Of a DNA stretch of 64,000 nucleotides, positions 1-13,750 are shown in pieces (position 1 is the stretch's first letter; each line of letters begins with the position of its first letter). The position numbers and the translations under genes were made by a program. The notes beneath the pieces were generated by a model. It did no database searches, was not told where the DNA came from, and saw only the letters and a list, made by a program, of their open reading frames with translations. Origin of the DNA: Octopus sinensis (Eukaryota); contig NC_043007.1 of assembly GCF_006345805.1 (NCBI RefSeq), positions 47,616,001 to 47,680,000 of the forward strand, given 5' to 3'.

Positions 1-200
1 TTACTCATTTGCCCATCGACTTCAAGCTTTACACTGCAAAATGGAATCATTCTAATTTATTAAGACTTTTATTAATTTATTAATTTATTATTACCCTATG
101 TTATTATATATATACATATATATATATATATACACACACACACATATATATATAAACACATATACGCACACACAGACACACACTCGCACACATACACATA

Positions 201-626
201 TACTCTTTACTCTTTTACTTGTTTCTGTCATTTGACTGTGGCCATGCTGGAGCACCGCCTTTAGTCGAGAAAATCGACCTCAGGGCATATTCTTAGTAAG
301 CCTAGTACTTATTCTATCGATCCCTTTTGTCAAACCGCTAATTGACGGGGACATAAACACACCAGCATCGATTGTCAAGCAATGCTAGGGGGACAAACAC
401 AGACACACAAACATACACAGACACACACATATATATATACATATATATATATACATATATACGACGGGCTTCTTTCAGTTTCCGCCTACCAAATCCACTC
501 ACAAGGATCTGGTCGGCCCGAGGCTATACTAGAAGACGCTTGCCCAAGATGTCATGTAGTAGGACTGAACCCGAAACCATGTGGTTGGTAAGCAGGCTAC
601 TTACCTCACAGCAACTCTTGCGCCTA
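201..626 (-). mobile_element. tRNA-headed SINE family A (CORE-like centre, internal microsatellite)
   Basis: Minus strand begins GGCGCAAGAGTTGCTGTGAGGTAAG...GGGTTCAGTCC (tRNA-like head), then CTTGGGCAAG (resembles the MIR/CORE motif), an internal (TA)/(CA) tract and the tail GAAACAAGTAAAAGAGTA. Similar copies at 9586, 33183, 42674 and 61437. Confidence 0.9.
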
Positions 627-668
627 TATATACATACATATATATATATATACATACATATATATATA

Positions 669-736
<68 letters not shown>

Positions 737-770
737 TATATATTATATATATATATAATATATATATATA
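627..770. repeat. (TA)n microsatellite
   Basis: Direct reading; one of many. It explains the YIYIYI ORFs. Confidence 0.98.
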
Positions 771-1192
771 TGCACATGTACGAGCTATCCAACTTACGAC
801 CGATCGACTTACGACGACCGGCACAACAGCTCCCGGCAGCAATAATAAATAATCTAGTTGAAATCTAATGGATTTAATTTCTTAGAAACGGATGATATCA
901 ACTAACAAACTTTTCCACTAGGTTTGGTTATCGATCGCCACTGTGTTCTATGACCATCCTGTCATGGAGACATCGAAGCAACCTTGTATTTGTTTATAAG
1001 ACGTGCTTGAGACTCCGAAATTTTTTACTAATGCTAATAGTATAATAGTATAATACAGATTACTGTGTGTGACTTTTACCTGAGAATGTATCTGAAGAAT
1101 ATAAAAAGATAAAACAAAGCTATGTAGGCCTATAGGCTGACTTACGATCAATTAGTTGGAACCAATTGTGGTCGTAAGTCGACGATGACCTG

Positions 1193-1245
<53 letters not shown>

Positions 1246-1993
1246 GCTTACGTGCATATATAAATACAAAAATAAACATTTTTATTCCTATAAAAGCATA
1301 CAGGTATACATATTTGTGCGTCCGTATACATGTATTTATGTGTGTGTGCGTGTGTTTGTGTGTGTGTGAGGGAGAGGGTGAGAGAGAGGGGTTGGAAGAG
1401 ACAGGCAAGCAGACAAAGAAGCACATAAGTGTACCGACAAAAAAAGAAAACGGGAAAACAGAATGTTGTAATACAGACTGGTGCGGATATTTGTTTCCAA
1501 GTTTCCATCGTAAATTACTGCATCACTAAGGTGAGAAAGGAATTAAAAGATGTATAAAAATACCTTTTTTTCTAAAAATATTCTTTTCTTACAAGACAAA
1601 ATAAAGCAGTGAAAGAAATTTTCTAAAAAGACTTCCGGCCTTTCCGACCAATTTCACTGTTAGACCTGAGTTAGAAATTAGTAGATTTTGTCTGTCTTAT
1701 TGATTTTATTCAATACGATTAAATAACGATGCAGAATGGCGAATCTTTTCCGTATTTAGAGATATGGTTTCGCTCTCACATTGTCTAGATCGCAATTCCG
1801 TTTCACTATTATATCCCGATGAAAACCTAAACTTAATAAAATCATAGTTTTCCAGACGGCGTATTTGAGAGTTTGTTTTTAGCCTATATATACAAAATTC
1901 ATTGTCTGTCTGTCTGTTCCCTATGTAATTTTTATTTTCATATGGATTAAAAGAATATAACATTTTCTCGAAAATAATCTTTCTATACTCAAC

Positions 1994-2042
1994 TATAGTA
2001 CAGGACATTTTATACCACAACGACAACGACAATGTCACATTT

Positions 2043-2073
<31 letters not shown>

Positions 2074-2260
2074 CAGTGAGTATGTGCGTGTTTGCGCGTT
2101 CGTTACGTACGACATAGAAAAGGACGACACATTTTGTATATGAATGTGTGTCTGTCAGTGTGTGTTTGCTTGCGCGTTCGTTACGTACCAGATAGTAAAG
2201 GATACTTTATACCAGCACCACACATTTTGTATATGAGCGTATATGAGTGTATATGTGCCT
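1994..2260 (+). repeat. About 3 degenerate tandem units next to the Helitron fragment
   Basis: CACATTTTGTATATG recurs three times and TGCGCGTTCGTTACGTAC twice, at roughly 90-110 bp spacing. Confidence 0.7.
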
Positions 2261-2300
2261 GTGAGCGTGTTTGAGTGTATGTGTGATTGTCAATTACGCT

Positions 2301-2856
2301 GATGTAAACTGGCTATGTGAAAGAGTTACTCTGGTTCCAACTAATGAAATGGTTGATAAACTCAATCATGAACTTCAACAGTTAACAGGTACATCAAAAA
2401 TGACTTTTCCATCAATTCCCATAACAGTCGATCAAAATCCGGTTGTTCACTACCCTGTTGGATTTCTGAACACACTTAAACCCACTGGGATGCCACTGCA
2501 TAACTTGACACTAAAACTGGATGCTCCCATTATGTTGCTTAGGAATCTTGACCCACCTCACCTGTGTGATAGAATTTGCTTAATTGTTACTTCTATGAAG
2601 CCCCGTGTCCTACAGGCAACAATCAAAATAGGTAGTCAGATTGAATAAAATGTCTTTATACCAAAATTTCATCTCTTACCTAAAGATGTTCCATTTGAAT
2701 TTAAGTTTTGGTATTTCAGTTAACAAATCTTCAAGGTGGTTGGACTTCATCTCACTACTACATGCTTCTTCCACAGCCAACTCTATGTTGGTTACTCACA
2801 AGAAGGGAGCAGTAACAATTTATTCAATTGGAAAGCAAGAAAAAATGACACAATGA
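2301..2856 (+). mobile_element. Helitron PIF1-like helicase C-terminal fragment (decayed)
   Basis: ORF 2271-2648 contains LVPTNEMVDKLN, YPVGFLNTLKPTGMPLHNLTLKLDAPIMLLRNLDPPHLC. Downstream, a shifted frame reads PKDVPFEFK and VVGLHLTTTCFFHSQLYVG, typical of the Helitron Rep/Hel helicase end. Confidence 0.85.
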
Positions 2857-3007
2857 AAGGTCGCTTCCACTTTCCATCCTTTCTGTCTCGATAAACCATG
2901 TACATGTCCATTACTGTGGCTTAATGTAGCCCGTTCTGATTACTGAATGTCAATCGAAAGTCTCTATATGCACTGATACATAGGTAACTATGTAGTAGCA
3001 GCAGTAG

Positions 3008-3080
<73 letters not shown>

Positions 3081-3081
<1 letters not shown>

Positions 3082-3145
3082 GATTTTATTTGATTTGATT
3101 CGATCTAGTTTTAGCTCATAAGCTGTAGCCATGCTGGGGCACCGC
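3081..3145 (-). mobile_element. SINE 3' tail fragment abutting the LINE
   Basis: GCTGTAGCCATGCTGGGGCACCGC matches the family-A tail motif GTGGCCATGCTGGAGCACCGC. Confidence 0.6.
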
Positions 3146-6100
3146 AATTTGGTGTTGCTACATGATATTATTTCACTAATTCTTTTTAGAAATTGACATT
3201 TGGTGCATAAGGGAGTTTGATGACTCTGCCCTCATCTGCACCTCCTGCTGTGAAGTTGGTTCATCTGGGACACTTGACAGTAAGAGGTCCAGTTTCATTT
3301 TGAAGACACCTACATGCACTCCATGCAGATCTCTCAAGTTCATCGGGGGGATATTCAAGAGCTGTGGTCCTCTGAAGCCCAGGCTGTTAGAGTATCTTGT
3401 CTGATATCTTGATGGCAAATTTGGAGTCCTTGGCACTATGCAGTGGCCCCCTGTTCTAGCATTTGTGTAACTGTCGATGCCAAAGTTATGGACAAGTCCC
3501 TCCAGGATCTTCCAGATGTATTATCTTTCTCGCTTACGCTCTAAGGAATAGAGTCTTAATCTTTTCAGTGTTTCCCAGTAGCTTATTTGCTGTATAGAGA
3601 CTATTTTGATGTAGCTTCGTTGGATTTCCTAAAATTCTGCAATTAATTTGACACTGGTTGGTGACCTTAGCTGAGAGCAATAGTCAAAGTTTCCTCCAGA
3701 GGACCATCATAGTTTTCCGATCTCTTGTTCTAAAAGTTCTAAGAATCCATCCGGTCAGCCGCCTGCATTTCATTACCAACATAGCAACATGCATTATTAT
3801 TCATGTAAATGTCCAAATCTTGCACTGTGCCTCTGGGATTACGATCCCTCCAGGTCCAGCGTATTTAATTGGTATTGTATTAAATTTTGCATGCTGATAG
3901 CACAAGGCTTCTAACTTTTCAACTTTAAACTGCATGCTATTCTTTTCAGCCCACTTGTATATTTTGTCCAGCTCATATTGCAAGTGCATAGTGTCTTCAG
4001 GGTTTTGTATTACCTGTGAGACTTTTGTATCATCTGCATAACTTGTGATCGTGGCTCTCTGTGTGGCTGAGGGCATATCTGAGAGGGCCATTATGAACAG
4101 TAGTGGTCCCAAAACAGTGCCTTGCGGAACACCGCTCACTATTTGCATGTCATTGGAGGTGGCCCCATTGACTACTACCACCTGACTGCTATCCTTCAGA
4201 AAGTCATGCAGCCATTCTCCCAGTTTTCCGACTATGCCAAGATCACGCAGTTTGTGACATATCATTCCATGATCGACTTTATCAAAGGCCTTTGCAAAGC
4301 CGAGATATATCACTTCCATATTTGAGTGGTTGGGCAGCTGTTTCAGCACCCAATCATAGTATTGTTAGAGCTGAGTCAGGCAGCTTCTTCCTGGTCGGAA
4401 ACCATGTTGGGTGTCAGTCAGAAAGTCATTTTCCTCAAAGATGGTGATTAGTTTTCTTCTGACTATTCGTTCCATGACTTTGCTGATGTGCGAAGTCAGA
4501 AAGATAGGTCTGTAGTTTTTGGCCTCTGCTACTCCTTTGTGGATGGGGAATATTTCACCCTATTTCAGTTTGCTTGGAAGTTTGCCAGTTGCAAGGAAGC
4601 TCTGAATGAGGAACTGCAATGGTCTTGCTAGGACTCGCTTACATACTTTTAGAAGGATTGCTGAGAATCCATCAGAGCCAGTAGCTGAGTTTTGGTTCAT
4701 TTCATCTATAGCCCTTATTACATCGTCTTCTTTTATATTGATGTAATCAATCATAACTGTCTCTGTTTTTATATCTGCTGCGGGAAAAAGTCTGCTGACT
4801 TGCAAGTGTCTTAGGGGTGGAGTGAAAATACTTTTGAATTGCTCATTTAGTATTTCACTTATCCTCACTGGGTTTCTTGTGATTTAACCATCTTTTTCGA
4901 GGAGTGGCTCTATCCTGCAGTGCAATGAGGCTGTTTCTTTGCCAAACTTGAAGAAGGCTCTGAGGTTAGATTTTATATTGCCTATGGCCCAGGCTTCTTT
5001 GTCTGCTCTTTCTTTTTCATGGGAGAGTTGCAAATATTTTTCAATCTCCAGCAGTTGTATTTTCAGGCGGGATTTTTCACTGCTTTCAATTTCTTTGTTT
5101 AGGTAATTTGAAATTTTTGTACGCCGTCTCATAAGAATTTTCCTCTTCCTGGGGAATTCGTTCTTGTGTACAGTGGCCTTTCTCTTTATAGCATATGAAT
5201 TGCATTACAGACATGAATTGTTGAAGTTCCATGTTGATGTCCGGTGAGGAGAGACATTTAGGCCAGTTTCGTTTGAGTATCTCTTTCTTAATTTGTTTCC
5301 AGTTTGCCTAATGGAAGTTCAAGCTAGAAAGATTTTGAGAGTTTCTTGTAGGCTGCATGTCCATGGTTTCCTTTCGTCCATACATGGTCAACTCTACCAG
5401 AGAGTAGCGTCGGTGTCACTTTCACATTATGGATGAGGTCCATATTATTTGTGGAGCAGAGATCCAGTATGTTACCAGCCCTGGTTGGTTGGAGTACTAT
5501 TTGTTCCATATACAAAGTGCTGATAAGGTTCAGGAGGGACTTCACCAGTCCTTGTTTGCATCGCGCCATTCCTGGGACAGAAAAGCCTTCAGGCCATCCG
5601 ACATTGGGAAGATTGAAGTCTCCCATAAGAAGTACACTTATGTGCTGTTCTAATGTAACTACAACTTCTATTTTTGTAAGGCAGTCTTCACACTTGCCTG
5701 AATGATTCGGAGCATCTGGAGGGCGATATGTAGCACATATAACTACATCGAGTTGTCTTATATGTACAATTAGTGTGTCACATATTGAATTTGAGTGTGA
5801 CAAAAGGACCTGAGGTGTGAGGTATTCGTTGATGTACATAGCAACTCCACCGTGGCTCCTTTCTTTTCTGTTGTTCCGTAATACAAAAAACTGTGCTATG
5901 TGTATTTCTGCATTTGTTATATCTGGTTTCAGGTGTGTTTCCGTAAGTTCTATGCATAAAGCTTGATTGCCTGCAACAAGGTCTCTCAGGAAAGGAATTT
6001 TTGCCTTGTTACTAAGTGTTATCAGCCTTCTGATGTTCAGTAAGAGCACCGATGTGATGTTGCCAGTGGTGTCCAATTTGGATTTATTTGCTGTGGTGGT

Positions 6101-6680
6101 CTTGTATATTGGGGATAGTCCCATCTGTGGGATTGATGTAGCCAGGTCAGTTGCTGCTCAATCTTTTGTGCCATGCGCAAAAATGATTGTTATTCAGCAG
6201 CTGCCCTTTCAACAACATGTTGATAGGACTGGTTTGTAGCACGCACTACATCTGCGTATTTTCGTTTTGGGGCAGGTGGTACGTAGTCTTTTCCTTTTGG
6301 CAGGTGGTTCCCACACTGTTCCATGTTGGTGTGGAGGGGTCTTTGGTGTGCAAAACGTCAGTTTGCACCTCCCTTCCCATACCAGTAGACACCTTTCAAG
6401 TAGAATTTGCACATTCGTGTGTTGTCTTTTTATCCAGTTTGTTGTCTAAGCATTCAGGTTTGCTTCTTTCTTTGGCTGTTTCATCTTTTATTTTTGCTCC
6501 TTTTGATTGTTCTTTCTTGGTTCTTACACCTACACGGTTTTTCGCTTTGATAGTGGTAGGGGCAATCAGTGCTAAAGTTCTTGAGTAGTCATTGCTCTTC
6601 AGCGCAACTGTGATGATATTGTTTGGGTTATCTCCTTCAGCACAGAGATCGTCTATCGCTTTCAGTTAGACATAAGCTAT
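3146..6680 (-). mobile_element. Near full-length degenerate CR1-group (Jockey/CR1/Crack-like) LINE: ORF1 remnant, APE endonuclease, RT
   Basis: 5324-6124: APE motifs LTETHL, HGGVAMYI, TYRPPD, MGDFNLP, PTRAGNILDL. 3801-4349: RT motifs FAKAFDKVDH, GVPQGTVLGPLLF, YADDTK. 4560-4868: SATGSDGFSAILLK. 3176-3436: CR1-type C-terminus. Many frameshifts and stops. End coordinates approximate. Confidence 0.92.
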
Positions 6681-7732
6681 GATGGTTTTAATACAGACGC
6701 ATTAAAAAGCTGACGTAAAGAATTGCTTTAACAGTTAGAAAATGTTTTGACATTACAATGATAACCAAAAACTGGACCTGTAAGAATTTGCGGGAAAATT
6801 ATACCTAAGAAGTAAAGCAGAAATGATTTTTAACTGTACTACCAAACTTCTGCAACTTAATAAAAGTCAGGTTTTTTTCCATGTACGTCAAACAATCGCT
6901 AGCTTGTGTCGTCGATATACGTATAAACAGCATTGTAAGAATTCTTGGTGAAAACGATCGGTTTCACTCGGTTTTTCCAGCTGATGTCCTAGTGTGATGA
7001 AAATGTATGAATGTAACTCAAAAATGGCTCTAAAAACCTTTTCATTCTATGACTTTAGTGAATGCAGAACATAAATAATTGCATAAATATTTTTCTTTAT
7101 TTTTCCCAAATTGATTTTAGTCTACAATTCCTCTAAGCTCAAAAATGCATATGAGCTTGCTAGTATTCGAACCTCAGATCAAGCAATATCAACTTATGCA
7201 GGCTGTGACTTAATAAGTATCCAAACATACATGTAACCTTGAGACAGAAATTGATTGACACCTCTTGACATGAAGCAGCTTGCGTACATTGCTAACTTCT
7301 CGCTGTATGTGAATCGATAAATCCTTCTGCGCTTTTACGCTCAGCTTTGCGCAAAATAGTAAAAAGAAAATTGAATCCTGATTTTTTTCTACCCTTTGTA
7401 CTGACATTTTTGAAAAGCGAACCCTCCCCACTATATGTAGAAAAAATTGCTCTATTTGACAAAATTGGTATGATCAAAATCGCCCAAAACACGGCTGAAT
7501 GGCAGGCGCAATCACCTTTGAATGGGGAATTCCATTAGAAAAGTTTTAATCAATGTTCTCGGTAACTATGGGGGCTATGGGGGAAAATACAAATGGCAGC
7601 ACAATCTATGGATTCGTCTCCATTTGTGTGCCAATTTTCACGTGAATCCACCCAGCCGTTTGGCTGTGAACCTCAAGACAAGAAAGAAAGAATACAAGAA
7701 TACAACGATCGCCCATGTCCAATTTATATATA

Positions 7733-7940
7733 TTTCTTTACTATCCACAAGGGGCTAAACATAGAGGGGACTAACAAGGACAGACAAAAGGGTTAAGTCG
7801 ATTACATCGACCCAAGTGCGAAACTGGTACTTTATTTATCGACCCCGAAAGGATGAAAGGCAAAGTCGACCTCGGCGGAATTTGAACTCAGAATGTAACG
7901 ACAGACGAAATACCACTAAGTATTTTGCCCGGCGTGCTAA
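7733..7940 (-). mobile_element. tRNA-headed SINE family B
   Basis: Reverse complement of TTAGCACGCCGGGC...GAGTTCAAATTCCGCCGAGGTCGACTTTGCCTTTCATCCTTTCGGGGTCGATAAA...TAGTAAAGAAAT; closely matches the copy at 54714-54990. Confidence 0.9.
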
Positions 7941-8166
7941 AACCACTATTAGGCAAATCAAGCAGTGAAAATCATAAGCCAATACATAGAAATAAAATTA
8001 ATTAAAAGAGAATATAAAATATAAAATATAAAAAATATAAAATTCCAAATTAAAATATTTAAATTAGAGTTAAAATTTTTTTAATTATTTAAATAATTTA
8101 AACTTATAACTTTTAAATATATATATATATCTATTATTATTATTATTTTATTTTATTTATATATAT

Positions 8167-8197
<31 letters not shown>

Positions 8198-8450
8198 TAT
8201 AATAATAGAGGGTTAGAATCATTAATGATTTTTACCCTTTATTATCATAATTAATTTTTGGAAAATTTACTCCTTGATCAAACTGAATTAACTGCAGGCT
8301 TGATCTTGACACACTACATGTGGGTATAAAAGAAAGATGTGCATTCTACTTTACAGTATATTTCTGCGAGTGTGGATGGATATTGGTTGAGCGAAGTCGC
8401 AGCTCGTTCACATATTCATGGACACTTGTGAATTTATTCTACGTAATACC

Positions 8451-8512
8451 TGCGCTGATGAAGGCAATAAGTAATATATTTTTTTACTTTAAGCTAGAAA
8501 CAGGATCTCGTA
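8451..8512 (+). ncRNA. Decayed hammerhead ribozyme motif
   Basis: tgcg-CTGATGA-a-ggc...aagtaa/ttactt hairpin...gct-a-GAAAC...cgta. Both core boxes are present and stem I tgcg/cgta can pair, but the cleavage triplet is degraded. Confidence 0.5.
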
Positions 8513-8701
8513 TGCCCTTAACCAAAAGCTCTAATTCATTTTCTTTCTTTTGCTAGCCTATTATGTGGTGTGTTTATTCTCGGAGAATTTATGGCTGTAA
8601 TAGTGTCCTTTGACGTCTATTTTTCAGTGCGTGGTGAGGCGCAAGCCAAGCCATTCTTACAATTATGTAATTAATTATAAAATATTTCTGTATATATATA
8701 T

Positions 8702-8992
8702 AGTAATACTAAGCAATAAAGGGTTTAGCAACGAATTGCCTTACCACATACCGAATTTAGAAATAGCAGTCAAAGAGTTATAGCTATTTCTTCTACTAAA
8801 AAGGGAGATCTCAGTAAAAACAGCAATTGGAAGGCAGACACAAACAGGTACTGTGTCTGCCTTCCAATTGCTGTTTTTACTGAGATCTCCCTTTTTAGTA
8901 GAAGAAATAGCTATAACTCTTTGACTGCTATTTCTAAATTCGGTATGTGGTAAGGCAATTCGTTGCTAAACCCTTTATTGCTTAGTATTACT
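8702..8992. repeat. Perfect 141-bp inverted repeat with 9-nt loop
   Basis: 8702-8842 is the exact reverse complement of 8852-8992 by base-by-base reading; loop AACAGGTAC. Confidence 0.95.
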
Positions 8993-9084
8993 TAAATTTT
9001 CCTCGAATGAGGCTTTTACATGCCGAAGACTACTTGGTGTAATTGATAATTATTCCAAATTAATTAATTTCACCCTTCATTATT

Positions 9085-9126
<42 letters not shown>

Positions 9127-9133
9127 CATATAT

Positions 9134-9201
<68 letters not shown>

Positions 9202-9585
9202 TGCTTACTTTCCATCGTTTGACATTTCTGATTAAATCGTTTGATAAGCTGAATTATCTGCTCTTGAATTAACAAGTGACTGATAGTTCCCTAAACATGT
9301 GTGCCGTTGACATCATTTTCAAGTAGAGTCATTGTGACGCTGCATGATAAAGTTAGAGATACACTCCACCCTACAATTTTGTACACAGCTTCTGTAGACC
9401 CAGTTTCACTGATTAGGAATGTGTTGGCTCGAGACTATAGATAGTTACATTTGTTGAAAATGTTACGCAGTTATATCGAATATAGGACATCATGGTTGCT
9501 AAGTGACCTTCTTAATCTTTCAGCCATACTGCAATTACTGGTTTCCATATATATAATAATATATATTTATTTTATTATTTTATTT

Positions 9586-10028
<443 letters not shown>

Positions 10029-10092
10029 ATATATACACACACATATCGTTGGCGATTTTCTTTCTCCGTATTCTCTTCTTTGGACTTTTTCT

Positions 10093-10129
10093 ATATTTCT
10101 GATGAAGAGCTCCGCTCGAAACTTAAAAT
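10093..10129 (+). ncRNA. Minimal hammerhead ribozyme motif (Penelope pseudo-LTR type)
   Basis: ttt-CTGATGA(10099-10105)-a-GAGC-tcc-GCTC-GAAAC(10118-10122)-tt-aaaat. Stem II is perfect; stem III appears to lack one base (AACGTT expected). Confidence 0.65.
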
Positions 10130-10253
10130 CCTCTTTCTTTTCATTCCTTTCCTGAGCGTGTAATAACACTGTACTTATTCCACGTCCTCACGTTGTTGTT
10201 TTTTCATGACTTTTTCTTGCTTTTTCATGTTCGGATATACATATATATATAAA

Positions 10254-10592
10254 AAGGGTAAAGACCCCCTTCGGTCATGAATGACCATGGGATTGCACCT
10301 AGAAAGTTACCCTCCTAGACACAAGTCCGGGCAAGGTTGTTTTTGGAAGACCAGCAGTCGCCCATGCATACCTGCCTCCCCTCTCCACGCCACCAGTGTT
10401 ATCCAAGGGAAAGACAAAGGTCGATACAGCTTGGCACCAGTGACGTCGCAACTCATTTCTACAGTTGAGTGAACTGGAGCAACGTGAAATAAAGTGCCTT
10501 GCTCAAGAACACAACACGCAGCCCGGCCCGGGATTCGAGCTCACAACCTCACGATCGTAAGCTCGACGCTCTAACCACTGAGCCATGCGCCT
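10254..10592 (-). mobile_element. tRNA-headed SINE family C
   Basis: Minus strand GGCGCATGGCTCAGTGGTTAGAGCG (A box)...GCTCGAATCC (B box)...GTTCTTGAGCAAGGCACTT; second copy at 52308-52641. Confidence 0.9.
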
Positions 10593-10859
10593 ATATATAT
10601 ATATATATTATAAAGAGAGAATTTTAGATATAGTGACATTCATGCATGTCCTATAATTAACTTGTCCCCAACCTTTTCTGCACCATTGACCGGTTTCATA
10701 CAAAACAATTATGGTGAGAGCTGGGGTCAATCACATAACAAAACGCAATTAAATGCATAATATATAGCTTAATTATATACGATACATATGTAATGCAAAA
10801 GCATGCTGCAGACTACTGTAGTCAATAAAATAGAAATAGAATTTTAAAATTTATTCTTT

Positions 10860-10948
10860 CTGTGCAGCCTGCTGCTGGCCCACAGTTGGGTTCTCGTCCA
10901 CGGCCGGGTACTAGTCCATGGCCTGGTGGCTGAGGATCTCCCGCTGCA
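10860..10948 (-). mobile_element. Possible hAT (Charlie-like) terminal fragment
   Basis: Minus strand CAGCGGGAGATCCTCAGCCACCAGGCCATGGACTAGTACCCGGCCGTGG resembles, from memory, hAT ends of the CAGCGGTCCCCAACCACCGGGCCGCGGACCGGTACC type. Confidence 0.35.
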
Positions 10949-11765
10949 ATCCATAATATGAACGTATAATACGAGTGTATTTGAAATGTGACGGCTTCAA
11001 CTGAGGACCAGCCCTGCATTCAAACCTCGATTGCTGCTTGAACCCTTCCCTCAAGCTCTATGATGATCAGGGAGGCTTATGGCTAAAGACATTTGAGTAA
11101 TAGAACATTCCAGCTTTTGAGAAATGTGGCTGCTTTGTTAAAAAGTTTTGTTTGCAACCGCATGATTTCCAGTTCGATTGGTTGCTGGAAACCAGTCAGA
11201 GAAAAACCGCCCTTGTTTTAATTCTTTTTTTCTTTTTTTTTTACGTTTTTTAATAGATTTAACCTGTCACTCAGTTTAAAATCACAACATAGTTCTTGGA
11301 TGCCTTTAGATAGGTTCACCTTGAATTCGAGCCAACGTACATTACCCCCAAAAAGTGTATCAGGAACCCTGAGCTTTCTCTTCTAAGTCCTTAAAAAAAT
11401 CTTGTAACCATCCGAACTTTTGTATAAACACAGTGTACAGTGTTATAGTATCCAGTGTGTTTTTTTTAATTAAGTGTTATTTTAGAGTACTTCAGCAGCT
11501 GTTTCCAGTAGGTCAAACGATCAGTTAGTAGCCCTGTCATTGACTCGTTGTTGTACTTTTATAATATTTTTGCTTGTTTTTATTGTTTCTTTTTTTTCCA
11601 TTTTTCCCTAATGTGGTAATAATTTCTTTGTTTGCTCTTCTTGTTCTGTTTGTTTACTCAAGTTGCTCTGGTTTAGTATGATTTATATTGTCATTACCCT
11701 CTTCTACGTGACGACAGTAATACTTCTCTCATTACAGTAAACAACAACAAAAAACACTACTGCTG

Positions 11766-11799
<34 letters not shown>

Positions 11800-13660
11800 A
11801 ACTACTACTACTATCACTATAACTACCACTGCAGCTACTACTATTAAAACGATTAATCTCTGTCAGCGTTTCCGAATATGAGTTTCAGATGTTCGATCAT
11901 CTGAATTACTTGCTCATTGAAGTCACATATAAGTAGTTGAGTATTCCATAGTCTTAACGAAATTCTAGGCAGAATCAACACGATGCAATTTTTCAACAAG
12001 GTACGGTTAATCCGACCGCTTCCACAGTCTCCGTCAACCCAATTTCTTTTACACGGAAGGGATCGATATGAGGCTATATTGAAAAACACTGTCCCAATAT
12101 AACACACATTGGGATCGAACTATAGACCTTGAGGAGAGAACTTGTTAACCATTCATTTAGCATTCTGCGTCTGAAACGAATTCCACTAACCTGCTATATT
12201 TTTTATAAAAGTCGTTTATCTTATCAGTAAACAAGAATACAATTCAGACATTCTTCCCTTGAGGTCAATATTCTACGAAAATTATTTTCTCTTCTACCTG
12301 GAATAAAATAGAAAAAAAAGATTAAAAGCCACTTGGATCCATGACAAGTAAATATTTCTTTTCCAAAATTCATGGAACCATGATTGACATGTTCAACGAC
12401 GATGACGATGAAGACAACAACAACAATAGTAACAAATAAAAAATAAAATCTGATGAATAAATGAAAAATTTCGTCAAAAATGTGTTGCACATTACTTCAT
12501 ACCTAAAGGAAATGTTTTATACTTAAATAACGAAGCCAATTAAAAACATGATGATCAAATTTCAATGTCGTCGGATTTCGTATTAACACGATACTCCTTC
12601 AAGGAATGAAACCAAATAACGTTTCCAAATTCTATGACTAAATAACTGTCATGGAATTTTGCACTAAGTCTTATATGTGTATTAATAGACTAAAATTTAT
12701 AAACAATGCAAAGAATAAATCGCTAAATACGTGAGAATCGGAATAAATACTTTTTTTTTCTTTGAAATACCTTCTGAAAGCATGATTATGCTTAAAAACA
12801 AAAACAAAATCAAAATAGATGGAAGATGTAAGGAAAACAAATTTATGAATGCAACTAAAATCCTTATGGAGTAATTAACTAAAAGTAACATACTGTAGCT
12901 CCATAGTGAGATTAGTTTACGATTATGTTCAACAATAAGTTGAATCAATTTGCTTCCTTTCTTTCTGCTTCTAAAGGACCCCGTCGATCAGAATTAACCA
13001 TAAATCTGCATAATTTTTTTTTTTTAGTAAGACTGGCAGTTTCTCCTCTCCACTTCACCGATATTTTCCAAACAAAAGGCTGTCGCTTTAAGGTCAATAC
13101 TGCTTGGAACCAGTGCCAATGCAGATGTTACTGTTAAAACAACAAAAATCTAGAACAAACACGGCAATTCCGCTTACCTGACATTCTAACGGTTCTGCCA
13201 ATCCAAAGCTCTGGATTTCCATGATTTAATCGGTCACGAAAAGATAAAAGACTTCGGTGGGATTTGAACTCAGAGCGTAGCAAGTGGGAGACATTCTGCT
13301 CAACACTCTAAATACTCGACCAATTCATGACTTTTCTCACCTTTGTCAATTGCAATGATAAAAATCTGATAAGTACAACAGGCCTACGTCTGCGATGATG
13401 GTGGGAGTAATAAATCTTGGAGTAATAAATCTTTGGGTGTCTGTCAGTTGGCGATTGGAATAGAAAAAGTTGATGTTGCAGGAACCCAGTCTTAGAGTGC
13501 CATCTGAAACATCAACCGGTTCCTTCTTCTCATTCGAAATGAAATTACTGGTACACAGTAATCACTTGAGTTGATTATCAGCATCGATAAAAGTCTGTTG
13601 AGAAATGAATTTTCTTAAGATGACAAGCTTTTTATTATGCATCACGAAACGCCAAGTAGT

Positions 13661-13693
13661 GTTGTTGTTGTTGTTGTTGCTGCTGTTGTAGTC

Positions 13694-13750
<57 letters not shown>

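Noticed and set aside
627-770. Single-base phase slips within (TA)n tracts throughout the window
   Set aside because: Likely long-read indel noise or ordinary slippage; this also means some frameshifts reported above could be errors.
10540-10592. tRNA-like sequences at the heads of the repeats (also 46770-46831, 52590-52641)
   Set aside because: They continue into SINE bodies and lack a complete cloverleaf; not tRNA genes.
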